From an uncultured Pseudomonadota bacterium (GTDB taxonomy: Bacteria > Myxococcota_A > Polyangia > Fen-1088): a stretch of DNA of 64,000 nucleotides. The notes below the pieces were generated by a model that saw only the letters and a list, made by a program, of their open reading frames with translations, was not told the origin of the DNA and ran no database searches. The stretch spans positions 768,001 through 832,000 of the forward strand of contig CAWKBC010000027.1 of assembly GCA_963847705.1 (NCBI GenBank), read 5' to 3'. Below are positions 21,001-31,590 of this stretch, piece after piece. Numbering within the stretch: the stretch's first letter is position 1; the number at the start of each line of letters is the position of its first letter. The position numbers and the translations under genes are program-made.

Positions 21001-23061
21001 GCGGCGCGGGCGCGCCTGGAAGAGGGCGCGGGCGAGCCCGCCGCCGCGGCGGAGAGCTGGCGCGCGTCGCTGGCCGCCGAGCCGACGTTTCTCCCCGCGG
21101 CCCGCGCGTTGCGGATCGTGGCGGCGCGGACGGGTGACAGCGCGGCGACCAGCGGCGCCTCCGAGACCGAAGCGGCCTGCCTGCTGGTTCCGGCGCATCG
21201 GGTGCGCGCCTTGCTGCTGTCGGCGGCGCTGGCCGTCGAGGCCCATCCGCCCGAGCGCGAGCGATCGCTCGGACTCCTGCGCGCCGCGCTCGCCGTCGAT
21301 CCGGCGCACGACGTGGCCTTCGAACGGTTGCGCGCGCTCCTCACAGAGCTGGACGATGCGCCGGCGCTGGCCGCGGCGTTCGCGGCCCGGATCGAGGTGG
21401 CGGTCAATCCGTTCGAGGTCACCTCGCTCCGGCTGACCCGCGCCGATGTCCTGTCGGCCACGCTCGGCGATTGGGGCGCCGCCCGGGAGGAGCTGGAGGC
21501 GGTCCTGCGCCGGCAACCGGAGCACGCCCGGGCGCTCGAGCGGCTGTCGGAGCTGCTCTGGAGCCGTGAGGCCTGGAGCGAGGCGGGTGAGATCTATCTG
21601 CGCCGCGCGGTGGTCGAGCGCGATCCGGCGACGCTGCGCGGGATCTTCCTGCGTCTCGGCGAGATCTATTCGAGCCGCGTCCCCGATCCCAAGCGCGCGG
21701 CGGCGGCCTACGAGCGGGTCCTCGGCGTCGACGCCGACAACCTGGAGGCGCTGCGGGCGCTGTCGGATCTGACGGTCGCCGAGGGGGACACCAAGCGCTC
21801 GCTCCCCGTCACCGAGCGGCTGGTGGCGCGTGAGCCGGACGTCGCCCGCCGTCACAAGACGCGCATTCGGCTGGGCGAGATCCTGATGCAGACGGGCGAT
21901 CTCCGGCGCTCCGGCGCCGAGCTGCGCCGGGTGGTCGACGAGTCGCCGCGCGATCTCGCGGCGGTCGGTGCGCTGGCGCAGCTTCTCGACCGGGCGCGCG
22001 ATCCGACGGGGCGCCGCACGGTGCTCGATCGCGCCGTTCGGTTGCACCGGCAGGATCTGGCCAGCGCCGGGGTGCGGGTGGAGACGCTGCGCGCGCTGGC
22101 GACGTTGCTGACCATGCGCGAGCGCCCCCAGGCCGCGCTGGCCGCGGCTCAGCTGGTCGCCGCCGTCGGGGGTGGGACAAGGGAGGGCGTTCGCCAGGCG
22201 TCGCGGCCCGGACGGAGCCTCTTGGGGCTGCGCCGACCCGAGGTCGATGATCGGGTCTTTTCGTCGGAGGCGCTTCCGCCGGGAATCCGACAGCTCTTGC
22301 GCCAGCTCGGGCCGCTGCTTCGACCAAGCGGTCAGGAGCTGGCGCAGCGCCTCGGCCGGGAGGGGGTGGGGAAGTCCGACCGCCGGACCCGCAACACGCC
22401 GCCCCGGCCGCTGTTCGACGCCGTCGCGGCAGAGCTGGGCGCCGGCGACTTCGACCTCTACGTGAAGACGCGCGGCGGGTCGTCCGAACCGATTCCGCTT
22501 CGTGCCGAGCCGGGGAGCCCGTCGGCGCTCATCATCGGCGAGGAGATCGAGGAGCTGGGCCCGGCCGCGCTGCGCTTCGCCGCGGCCCGCCTGCTGCGCC
22601 TGACCGCGACGAACCTGGACGCCATCCTGGCCGGCTCGCCCGTCGAGGCGGGTGCGCTGCTGGTCGGGATCATCCGACAGTTCGTTCCGGACTACGAGCA
22701 CACCGAGGTCCCGGAGAGCCTGATCGCCCCCGAGATGTCCCGCGCCGAGCGGGCGATCCCGCGCAAGCTCAAGCCGCAGGTCATGCCGTTCGCGGTCGAG
22801 AGCGCGGGCGCGTTCGACCTGGGCGCCCTCCACGCCGCCACGCGCGACGCGGCCAACGCGGTCGGCCTGCTGGCGGCGGGCGATTTGCCGGCCGCGCTGT
22901 CGGTGATCCTGGCGGTCTCCGGGACCGCCCCGGTGAAACTGGGCCTCGGTGGGGTCGGGCTCACGCTCGAGGCGATCGGGGCCCACGCCGAGGCGATGGC
23001 GTTGCTGCAGTTCGCCGTCTCGGATGAGTTCGATGACCTGGCGGGCGCGCTGGAGTCGTAG
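18097..23061 (+). CDS. Giant TPR-like helical repeat protein (1654 aa), probable paralog of the upstream gene
   Basis: TGATG stop/start overlap; acidic N-terminus; TPR-like units (AAAAYERVLGVDADNLEAL); C-terminal LRFAAARLL...ANAVGLLAAGD. Confidence 0.75.
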   Translation: MAGEKKPPASGREAADDGSVEVEALFDDLFDEAPPTDPTAPTVPERDEEVTLEVPAVAARAGINPRAPAEWEVAAESEVEPEVEPEAPAFFAPILPEMEAEIWQAGIQALVTVPERSAPPTTSHDDWIEEARLFQAESNSAETPVLAAGLLTAAARAAEVAGETAEAASGYDEALARAPTAPDALRARARLAESLGDIDEAHALWARLAISAGTAEERAFYGALSAEWTLARRGALPAVAGEAIPAGAARALAVVEEALRGGTSVAPAAAFAAAGRVLGGRFGAAFLDQAARFSLAAGDAASAAAHRTAARKIDPQGETILGRLREAAWTDRRRGGGGKTGKTGETADLDQILAALPAGSALAQAVGRWAAAAARRRGDPERALALLTGLGATTAAAARDRLDLEFLVDGALDEQSLARLRGSATAPAAAANLIWIEAADLVRRGEHEAAARLLGRGIEEHADAVPLALLAEEIAAATDDPALEAATLDLWLRGDPARRAQAALALAANLEAAGSGLNARAALQTAVESAPESASFWVAAASDARAGRRSDAAAALGFGAEVWEASSLVPGLRAAAAVKLAPGDPDRALAALGAAAEGALSEAARALGPSAVARLAERAGDRAAFETALDAAEAVTREPAQAAWLALRRAWSIPSPASEAENEAAGAARRRALERALEIVPRHPLALGLFLAEPGVDLAAAAAALARVGSASSEISAFSRTMALAAASTLALGGDREGALRRAAEILASAPADPEARTAVARTAAALGGESGLRALAGLTVAAAGRDEALSLAVAEARIAIGAREAAGEALRILDDGRFGPDARRAGARLRASDAVPFPSGLFAAPPEQAAAESRAAVAAVVEAASAGRWDELVAALAGAPPHEAVASAGTLALASLVAEGHGDEAAADRLAEAAVGADDAPSPLSTLTLARVVDSAADTAVRARALTAATARLGAAESDRRSAAAALAARARLEEGAGEPAAAAESWRASLAAEPTFLPAARALRIVAARTGDSAATSGASETEAACLLVPAHRVRALLLSAALAVEAHPPERERSLGLLRAALAVDPAHDVAFERLRALLTELDDAPALAAAFAARIEVAVNPFEVTSLRLTRADVLSATLGDWGAAREELEAVLRRQPEHARALERLSELLWSREAWSEAGEIYLRRAVVERDPATLRGIFLRLGEIYSSRVPDPKRAAAAYERVLGVDADNLEALRALSDLTVAEGDTKRSLPVTERLVAREPDVARRHKTRIRLGEILMQTGDLRRSGAELRRVVDESPRDLAAVGALAQLLDRARDPTGRRTVLDRAVRLHRQDLASAGVRVETLRALATLLTMRERPQAALAAAQLVAAVGGGTREGVRQASRPGRSLLGLRRPEVDDRVFSSEALPPGIRQLLRQLGPLLRPSGQELAQRLGREGVGKSDRRTRNTPPRPLFDAVAAELGAGDFDLYVKTRGGSSEPIPLRAEPGSPSALIIGEEIEELGPAALRFAAARLLRLTATNLDAILAGSPVEAGALLVGIIRQFVPDYEHTEVPESLIAPEMSRAERAIPRKLKPQVMPFAVESAGAFDLGALHAATRDAANAVGLLAAGDLPAALSVILAVSGTAPVKLGLGGVGLTLEAIGAHAEAMALLQFAVSDEFDDLAGALES

Positions 23062-23089
23062 CGCGCCCGCGTGATAAATTGGGCCCTCG

Positions 23090-24559
<1,470 letters not shown>

Positions 24560-24600
24560 CGCGTGGAAACAGTCCATCGGTGCGTGGCTATCCGGTCGAG

Positions 24601-25594
24601 GTGAGCAGCGAGGCTGCGGCTGCACACGCCGCGGCGCTGGTGCTCGATCTTCACAACGACGTCCTCACCAAGCTCACGCACTCGAAGTACGACTTCGCGC
24701 GCGAGCACGGTCCGGCGGCGTTCTACAACCCGCTGCGCCTGGATCTCGGATCTGCCGCGCATCAAGCGCGGAGGCCTCGACGCGCTCGGCTGCCTGATGT
24801 TCTCGGGCTTCCGGATCGATCCAGGACGGCGGCGGTTCTGGCGCCAGCTCGAGCGGGCCCGCGCGCTGGCGGCCGAGAACGCCGACACGCTGACGCTGGC
24901 GCGCAACGCGGGGGAGATTCGCGCCGCGCGCGCGGCAGGCCGGGTGGCGCTGTTCCTGGGCGTCGAGGGGAGCTACGCGATCGACGACGACGTCGAGGCG
25001 GGGGTGGCCCGCCTGGCAGAAGCGGGCGTGATGTTCCTGGGGCCGCTGTGGGAGCGTGACAGCGGCGCCGGGAGCTCCTGCCGCACGGCCCCCGCGCGCG
25101 ATCGGGGCCTCACCGACCAGGGGCGCGTCCTCTGCCGCGCCTGCGACGCCGCCGGGATCCGCCTCGACGTCGCGCACGCCAGCCGCAAGACCTTCTGGGA
25201 AATCGTCGAACGGGCGGAGCGGCCGCCGTTCTCGTCGCATTCGGGCGCGGCCGGCGTCTATCCGCATCCGCGCAACCTGGACGACGATCAGATCCGCGCG
25301 CTGGCGGCGCGCGGCGGGGTGGTGGGCGTCATCTTCGTCGCGCCGTATCTCGGCGGGACGTTCTGTACGCTGGAGAGCGTGGCCGACCACATCGAACATG
25401 TGGCGCGCATCGGCGGCGACGACTGCGTCGCGCTCGGCTCGGACTTCGACGGCTTCCTGCCCCTGCCGCGCGGCCTGCGCGACGCCGGGGATCTCCCGCG
25501 GCTGACCGAGATCCTGTGGCGCCGGGGCTGGCGAGGCGCGCGCCTCGGCAAGCTGTTGGGCGAAAACGCGCTGCGGTTTTTCGCCGCCTCCTGA
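24601..25594 (+). CDS. Membrane dipeptidase (peptidase M19); +1 frameshift near 24748
   Basis: DLHND in the first frame; after removing one G the sequence reads DLPRIKRGG, LGVEG, DVAH, SSHS, RNLDD and LGSDFDG. Confidence 0.85.
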
Positions 25595-25770
25595 CGCGCC
25601 GCGGGGCGATTTGCGCAGCGTTCGCCTTGTCCGCTGACGGGACGCGACCTACCTGCTCACATACTCCGCACGTGCAGGGCGTCGGCGGGGAACCAGTTGC
25701 ATTGATTGGTTAATTTCCGGAATCCGGGCTGTTGTTTGCCGGCCGGCCCGGCAGTGGTTGCGCGCCCGGC

Positions 25771-25806
25771 AGAGGTTGGGTGTTGGTAAGAGGTCGGGTG
25801 TTGGTA
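25771..25806. repeat. 18-bp direct repeat x2 upstream of the cytochrome cluster
   Basis: AGAGGTTGGGTGTTGGTA (25771-25788) and AGAGGTCGGGTGTTGGTA (25789-25806), one mismatch. Confidence 0.8.
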
Positions 25807-25924
25807 GATAGATAGGTAGTCAGAGGTGAGAGCATTCTCAACAACAAGGTGCATCAAGCGAACGGTTGAGTCCGGTCCGGTTCAATCCGTCCGCGGTCGT
25901 GGCTTCGAATTCCGCTTCGAAGCG

Positions 25925-26518
25925 ATGGCTGCGCGCCCGCTTTGTGTCCTCGTCGTGCTCGCAGCGCTGCTCGGGGGAGGTGGATGCAACCAGCTCCTGC
26001 TCGCATCGTCGGCCGCGCCCCAGCCCTTCGATGGCGGCGAGGCCGGGATCACCACCGCGCTCACCCGTGATTCGCACGCGGTCTACTTCCCGATCGGCGA
26101 CGGCACCAACCACGCGGCGCAGGTCTGCACCGACTGCCACCAGAGCGCCAACACCTTCGCCGACTTCACCTGCATCTCCTGCCACGATCATTCCGAGGAA
26201 CTCGCCGACACCCGACACGTTTACATCACCGGGTTCGTCTACCAATCCTCGGCCTGCTTCTCTTGCCACCCGACGGGCAACGAGGCAGCCATCACCCCCG
26301 ACGAGCACAGCCTCAAGTACTTCCCGATCACCGATGCCGCACACGGTTCACTGGCCTGCACCGACTGCCACCAGGACCCCACCACCTCGAAGCCCTTCAG
26401 CTGCGTCACCTGCCATGACCACAGCTCCGGCGTGGAGGCGACGAACCACGCGAGCGTCGCTGGCTACAGCTACGATTCGACCTCCTGCTACAACTGCCAT
26501 GGGGCGCCGAGCGACTAG
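25925..26518 (+). CDS. Hexaheme c-type cytochrome, probable lipoprotein
   Basis: Six CxxCH motifs (CTDCH, CISCH, CFSCH, CTDCH, CVTCH, CYNCH) in two tandem triheme units; hydrophobic leader ending GGGGC. Confidence 0.85.
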   Translation: MAARPLCVLVVLAALLGGGGCNQLLLASSAAPQPFDGGEAGITTALTRDSHAVYFPIGDGTNHAAQVCTDCHQSANTFADFTCISCHDHSEELADTRHVYITGFVYQSSACFSCHPTGNEAAITPDEHSLKYFPITDAAHGSLACTDCHQDPTTSKPFSCVTCHDHSSGVEATNHASVAGYSYDSTSCYNCHGAPSD

Positions 26519-26527
26519 GGCCGTTCC

Positions 26528-28800
26528 TTGACACCGCAGTCTGCCGTCGAGGCCCTCACGACGCGCCTTTTAGCCCTGGGACCCGGGGCGTGGTCCCTTC
26601 TGTTCGTCGGCGTGGCGGCGCTCGTGGCGCTCGTCTTCCTCGTCGTGCGGAGCCGCGAGCACCGGCGGGCGCGCGCGACGCTGGACGAGGCCCTGCGGAT
26701 GGAGCTGCACCTCCCCCAGTCATTGCACCCGGTCATCGATCCCGACGTCTGCATCGGCAGCGGCTCCTGCATCCAGGCCTGCCCCGAGGGGAGATCCTGG
26801 GGCTCATCAACGGCGTGGCCACGCTGGTCAACCCCTCGAGCTGCATCGGCCACGGCCGTTGCGCGGCCGAGTGCCCGGTCAGCGCCATCAAGCTGGTGTT
26901 CGGTTCGGCCGAGCGCGGCGTCGACCTCCCGGAGATCGACGGCTCGTTCGAGAGCAGCCGCCGCGGGATCTACATCGTGGGCGAGCTGGGAGGGATGGGC
27001 CTCATCAAGAACGCCCTCACGCAGGGGCTGCAGGTCGCGGCGCGGGTGCGGGCCGCGCTTGGACCGGCGGCGCGCCGTGGCGACGGCGAGCTCGTCGACC
27101 TCGCCATCGTCGGCGCCGGCCCGGCCGGAATCGCGGCGGCCGTCGGCGCGCGGGCCGCCGGTCTCTCCTACGCGCTGCTCGAGCAGGACACGGTCGGGGG
27201 GGCGATCGCGCACTACCCCCGGCAGAAGCTGGTCATGACCGAGCCGGTCACCCTGCCATTTCACGGCAAGTTCGGACGTCCGTTCATGGCCAAGGAGGAC
27301 CTGCTCGCCGCGCTGGAGCGGGTCATCGCCGACGCCGGGCTGGAGGTCCACGAACGGGCGAGGGTCGTGTCGGTCGACGGGCAGGCGGGCGACTTCCTGG
27401 TCACCTCGTCGCGCGGCGTCCTGCGGGCGCGGCGGGTCGTCCTGGCGATCGGCCGGCGCGGTACGCCCCGCACGCTGGGGGTGCCGGGGGACGACCTGGC
27501 GAAGGTGACCTACCGACTGATCGATCCGACCCAGTATCAAGGCAAACGGGTGCTGCTGGTGGGCGGCGGCGATTCGGCGCTGGAGGCGGCGGCGATGCTG
27601 GCCGACCAGACTTCGGCGGAGATCACCATCGTCCATCGTGCGCCCCAGTTCGCCCGTGGGCGCGCGCTCAACCGACAGAAGATGGAGGCGCTGCGGGCCT
27701 CGGGCCGGGTGCGCGCGTTCATGTCGTCCGAGGTCGCGGCGGTGGAGCCGGCCGCGGTTCGCCTGACGAAGGGCGGCGCGACGACGACCGTACCCAACGA
27801 CTTCGTGATCGCCTGTCTGGGCGGGGAACCTCCCGGGCAGTTCCTGAAGACCGTCGGCGTCGACATCCGGCGCCACCGGGGCGACCGGGCGATGGCCAAT
27901 CCCACCTTCGCCGCCCAGGTGGGCTCTGCGGGCGACGAGCGGCTCGCCGCGACGACGCTCGCGTTCGTGGGAATCGCGATCTTGGTCTTTCTCGGCGTGG
28001 CGGGCGGCCGCTACTACCTGCTGCCGGACGCCCTGCGCTACCGGGCACCCCAGCACGAGCTCATGAAGCCGTCAGGATCCTGGGGCCACGGGATCGGAAT
28101 TCTCGCCACCGGCGTGATGCTGCTGAACTTCGTCTATCCGATTCGCAAGCGGGCGCGCTGGTTGAAGCGAAGAGGCTCGATCGCCCCCTGGCTGCGCTTT
28201 CACGTGTTCGTGGGGATCCTGACGCCGCCGGTGATCCTGTTTCACTCGGCGTTTCGCTGGGGCAACCCGCTGGCGACCGCCACCTACGTCTCGCTGGTGG
28301 TGGTGGTCGTGACCGGCCTTTGCGGGCGGTTCATCTACGGCCTCTTCCGCGTCGACGCCGAGGACGGCAAGCGGGTGGCGGCGCTGCGGGGACGACTGCA
28401 ACCCGTGCTGGCGGCGCTCGGCTCCCTCCAGGGGGCGCAGATGGACCTCCCGCGCTCCGCCGCGCTGGCCCGGCTGACCGCGCTGGTGGAGGCGCCGGGG
28501 GCCCTGCCTGCGTCGGTGGGCGAGCTGCTCTGGCGGATGCCCGCCGAGGCCTGGGCGTTGCGGCGCACGATCCGTCAGCTCGAACCCCTGTTCGTCGACC
28601 GCCGGGCCTTCCCGGCGTTTCGGGCGCAGCTGCTCGATCTGCGGCGCCGCGACGTGAAGCTGCACTTCCACCGCGGGTTCAAGCGGCTCATGCACGGCTG
28701 GCGAATCTTCCATGTCGCGCTGTCGGTGGTCCTGGTCGGCCTCATCGGCGCGCACATCTGGATCAGCCTGCGCATCGGCTTCAAGTGGCTCTGGTCGTGA
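26528..28800 (+). CDS. Membrane-anchored ferredoxin + FAD/NAD(P)H oxidoreductase + cytochrome-b-like domain; -1 frameshift near 26790
   Basis: N-terminal TM; CIGSGSCIQACP and CIGHGRCAAECP; GIYIVGE; IVGAGPAG; VGGGDSALE; C-terminal TM helices with two H-x13-H pairs. Confidence 0.8.
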
Positions 28801-28819
28801 GCGGGCCTGTGGCAAAGGC

Positions 28820-30712
28820 GTGAGGAGACCGGCGCTGGTCGGCGGACGCGCGCTCGGGGTGGCTCTCCTGCTGTTGTTGCTGGGCGGCGGACGCGACGCT
28901 GCGGCCCAATTTTTTTCCCCGGGTCCCCTGGCCAAGGCGCATGCCGCGCTCGACACCAAGGGTCTCAGTCAGTGTGGCGCCTGCCACGACAAGGGGGAGC
29001 CCCGCTTCGCCAACCGCTGCCTCGCCTGCCACAGCGAGCTCGGGCCGGAGCTCAAACAGCGCGACGGCCTGCACGGGCGCATGGTCCCGGCGGTCTTGAA
29101 CCAGTGCCAGACCTGCCATCCCGATCATCGCGGCCTCGACTTCTCGCTGATCAGCTTCGGCGGGAGCGTCAAAGGATTCGATCACAAGCGGACGGGCTGG
29201 CCCTTGCGCGGGCATCACGCCCAGACCTCCTGCGAGAGCTGCCACGCCAGTCACCAGCTGGTCGACCAGACGGTGGTCCGGATGCTGGCGGCGCAGCAGG
29301 GGCGCACCACCTTCCTCGGCCTCGCCAAGCGTTGCGACAGCTGCCACTTCGACGAGCACCGGGGGCAGCTCGGCAAGGACTGTCAAAAGTGCCACGGCGA
29401 CACGGCGCTGTTCTGGAGGACCACGCTCGGCGCGTTCGATCACCAGGAGACCGCCTTCCCCCTGCGGGGGAAGCACAGGGCGGTGCCCTGCGCCGGGTGC
29501 CACGCCACCGTCGAGGATCGGGCTTCGTTCAAGCAGTTCTTCCCGCCGCCGCGCAGCCCGACCTTCATGCAGATGAAGCCGGTCGCTCACGGCACCTGCG
29601 AAAGCTGCCACAAGGATCCCCACCAGGGGTCCTTCGGCTCGAGCTGCGCCGGCTGCCACACGGAGGAGGGTTGGAACGTGATCCTCCCGGGGCGCGAGCT
29701 GTCGGCGAGCTTCCACGACCGCACGCGCTTCCCGCTCCGGGGCGCGCACGCCAGCGTGGCCTGCAAGAGCTGCCACGGGCCGTTCGGTCACCAGGCGGCC
29801 GTCTTTCGCGGGCTGCCGTTCGCCCGGTGCAGCGACTGCCATCAGGACGCCCACCTCGGCCAGCTCGCGGCGCTGCCGGGGCGGCCGGCGGCGGACTGCG
29901 CCGCCTGCCACGACGAGAGCGCGTTCAAGCCGCCGCGCTACGAGCTCGAGGCCCACGCCAGGACGCGCTTTCCGCTCGAAGGGGGGCACGCGGTCGTCGC
30001 CTGCCGCGACTGCCACCCCGTCGACAAGAGCCTGGCGGCGCGGGTGCCGCAGGAGGTGACCGTCAAGCTGGCCAGGCAGCGCCGCCCGCTGGTGGTCAGC
30101 CTGGCGGTGCTGCGCCCCAAGATTGGCCCGCAGACTTGCTCTCGCTGCCACAAGGATCCGCACGGAGGGCAGTTCGACGCCGAGATCAAGGCGGAGGACT
30201 GCGGCGGGTGCCACACCGTCAAGTCGTTCGCCGACTTGACCTCGTTCCACCACGACACCGACAGCCGATTTCCGCTGACCGGAACGCACCAGCGCACCCC
30301 ATGTGCGGGCTGCCATCGGGCCGAACAGATCCGGGCGGGCGAGGCGCCGGTGGTCCGCTGGAAGCCGCTGCCGGTGACCTGCGGCGGCTGCCACCGCGAC
30401 GAGCACCAGGGGCAGTTTTTGGCCAGCACGCTCCCCTCCGACGGCGTCGCGCGCGGCGCCGAGGGGTGCGACTTCTGCCACCAGACCACGAGCTTCAAGA
30501 CGACCGGGTTCAGGCACGACGACGCGCGCTTCACGACCTACCCTCTGCAGGGGAAGCACGCCTCCTTGCCCTGCGGGGATTGCCACCGCGCCGTCACGCT
30601 GACCGCCGAGGGGCAGGCGCTCGAGGCCGTTCGTTACCGCCCGCTGCCGCGCGATTGCCAGGGGTGTCACGTCGACTTTCACCACGGCGACTTCAGGGGG
30701 TTCGAGCCGTGA
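28820..30712 (+). CDS. Secreted multiheme c-type cytochrome (20 CxxCH)
   Basis: Signal peptide ending DAAA-Q, then SPGPL..AH; 20 CxxCH motifs counted; repeated FDH..T.FPL.G.H linkers. Confidence 0.9.
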   Translation: MRRPALVGGRALGVALLLLLLGGGRDAAAQFFSPGPLAKAHAALDTKGLSQCGACHDKGEPRFANRCLACHSELGPELKQRDGLHGRMVPAVLNQCQTCHPDHRGLDFSLISFGGSVKGFDHKRTGWPLRGHHAQTSCESCHASHQLVDQTVVRMLAAQQGRTTFLGLAKRCDSCHFDEHRGQLGKDCQKCHGDTALFWRTTLGAFDHQETAFPLRGKHRAVPCAGCHATVEDRASFKQFFPPPRSPTFMQMKPVAHGTCESCHKDPHQGSFGSSCAGCHTEEGWNVILPGRELSASFHDRTRFPLRGAHASVACKSCHGPFGHQAAVFRGLPFARCSDCHQDAHLGQLAALPGRPAADCAACHDESAFKPPRYELEAHARTRFPLEGGHAVVACRDCHPVDKSLAARVPQEVTVKLARQRRPLVVSLAVLRPKIGPQTCSRCHKDPHGGQFDAEIKAEDCGGCHTVKSFADLTSFHHDTDSRFPLTGTHQRTPCAGCHRAEQIRAGEAPVVRWKPLPVTCGGCHRDEHQGQFLASTLPSDGVARGAEGCDFCHQTTSFKTTGFRHDDARFTTYPLQGKHASLPCGDCHRAVTLTAEGQALEAVRYRPLPRDCQGCHVDFHHGDFRGFEP

Positions 30713-31590
30713 GGGGCACGCGCTGCTTGGTGCTCGCCGCGCTCTTGGTCCTGCCCGGCGCCATGACGCTGGCCGAGACGTCGGGGCCGGTCGGTGGGCC
30801 GCCGGCGCCTCCGGCGCCGCCCCGCGCGGCGCCGACCGCGGCGTTCGGTCGGGGCGGGGCGGCCACCAACTGCGCGGCGTGCCACGTCGAATCCAGCTGG
30901 TCCGAGGTGCGGTTCAACCACGATCGCACCGGCTACCCCCTGGTCGGCGCCCACGCCAAGGTGACCTGCCAGGCCTGCCACCCGACGGGATTTCGGGCGC
31001 GGGTCCCGGAGCTCTGCAGCGGCTGCCACCGCGATCGCCACGCGGGAGAGTTCGGGCTTCACTGCGAGGGCTGTCATGAGGCGACGCGCTGGGCTGAAGC
31101 GCTGTTCGGTCCCGACGCGCATCGCAGCACCGCGTTTCCGCTGACCGGCAGGCACGCGCTGATTCCTTGCCGCGAGTGTCACGGCGACATGCGCGATCGG
31201 ACCTTCTCCCAGGCGCCGCTGGCCTGCGTCGCTTGCCACCAGAAGGACTACGACAACGCGGCGCTCACCTCGCTCGACCACGTCGCCTCGCACTTCGACA
31301 CCAACTGCCAGGCCTGTCACAACACCTGGTCCTACTTTCCGGCGCGGTTCGACGCCCACGATCGCTGCTTCGTGCTGTCGTCGGGACCGCACGCCCCAAT
31401 TCGCTGCGCGCAGTGCCACACCCGCGCGGCCGGCCTGGTCGTCACCGGCGCCTGCAGCACGCAGAATTCGACCTGCACCAGCTGCCACGCGCACAGCTGC
31501 GCGCGGAGCGATCAAGAACATCAATCGGTCATGGGTTACAGCTGCAGCGACTCCAAGTGCTACCAATGCCACCTGCGCTCAGTCCCCTAG
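30709..31590 (+). CDS. Secreted decaheme c-type cytochrome (10 CxxCH)
   Basis: GTGA overlap start at 30709; signal peptide; 10 CxxCH motifs from CAACH to CYQCH. Confidence 0.88.
   Translation: MRGTRCLVLAALLVLPGAMTLAETSGPVGGPPAPPAPPRAAPTAAFGRGGAATNCAACHVESSWSEVRFNHDRTGYPLVGAHAKVTCQACHPTGFRARVPELCSGCHRDRHAGEFGLHCEGCHEATRWAEALFGPDAHRSTAFPLTGRHALIPCRECHGDMRDRTFSQAPLACVACHQKDYDNAALTSLDHVASHFDTNCQACHNTWSYFPARFDAHDRCFVLSSGPHAPIRCAQCHTRAAGLVVTGACSTQNSTCTSCHAHSCARSDQEHQSVMGYSCSDSKCYQCHLRSVP

Noticed and set aside
25686-25714. FNR box or sigma-54 promoter upstream of the cytochrome cluster
   Set aside because: TTGAT is not followed by N4-ATCAA. GG-N10-GC spacing exists (GGGGAACCAGTTGC), but the -24 element lacks TGGCAC.
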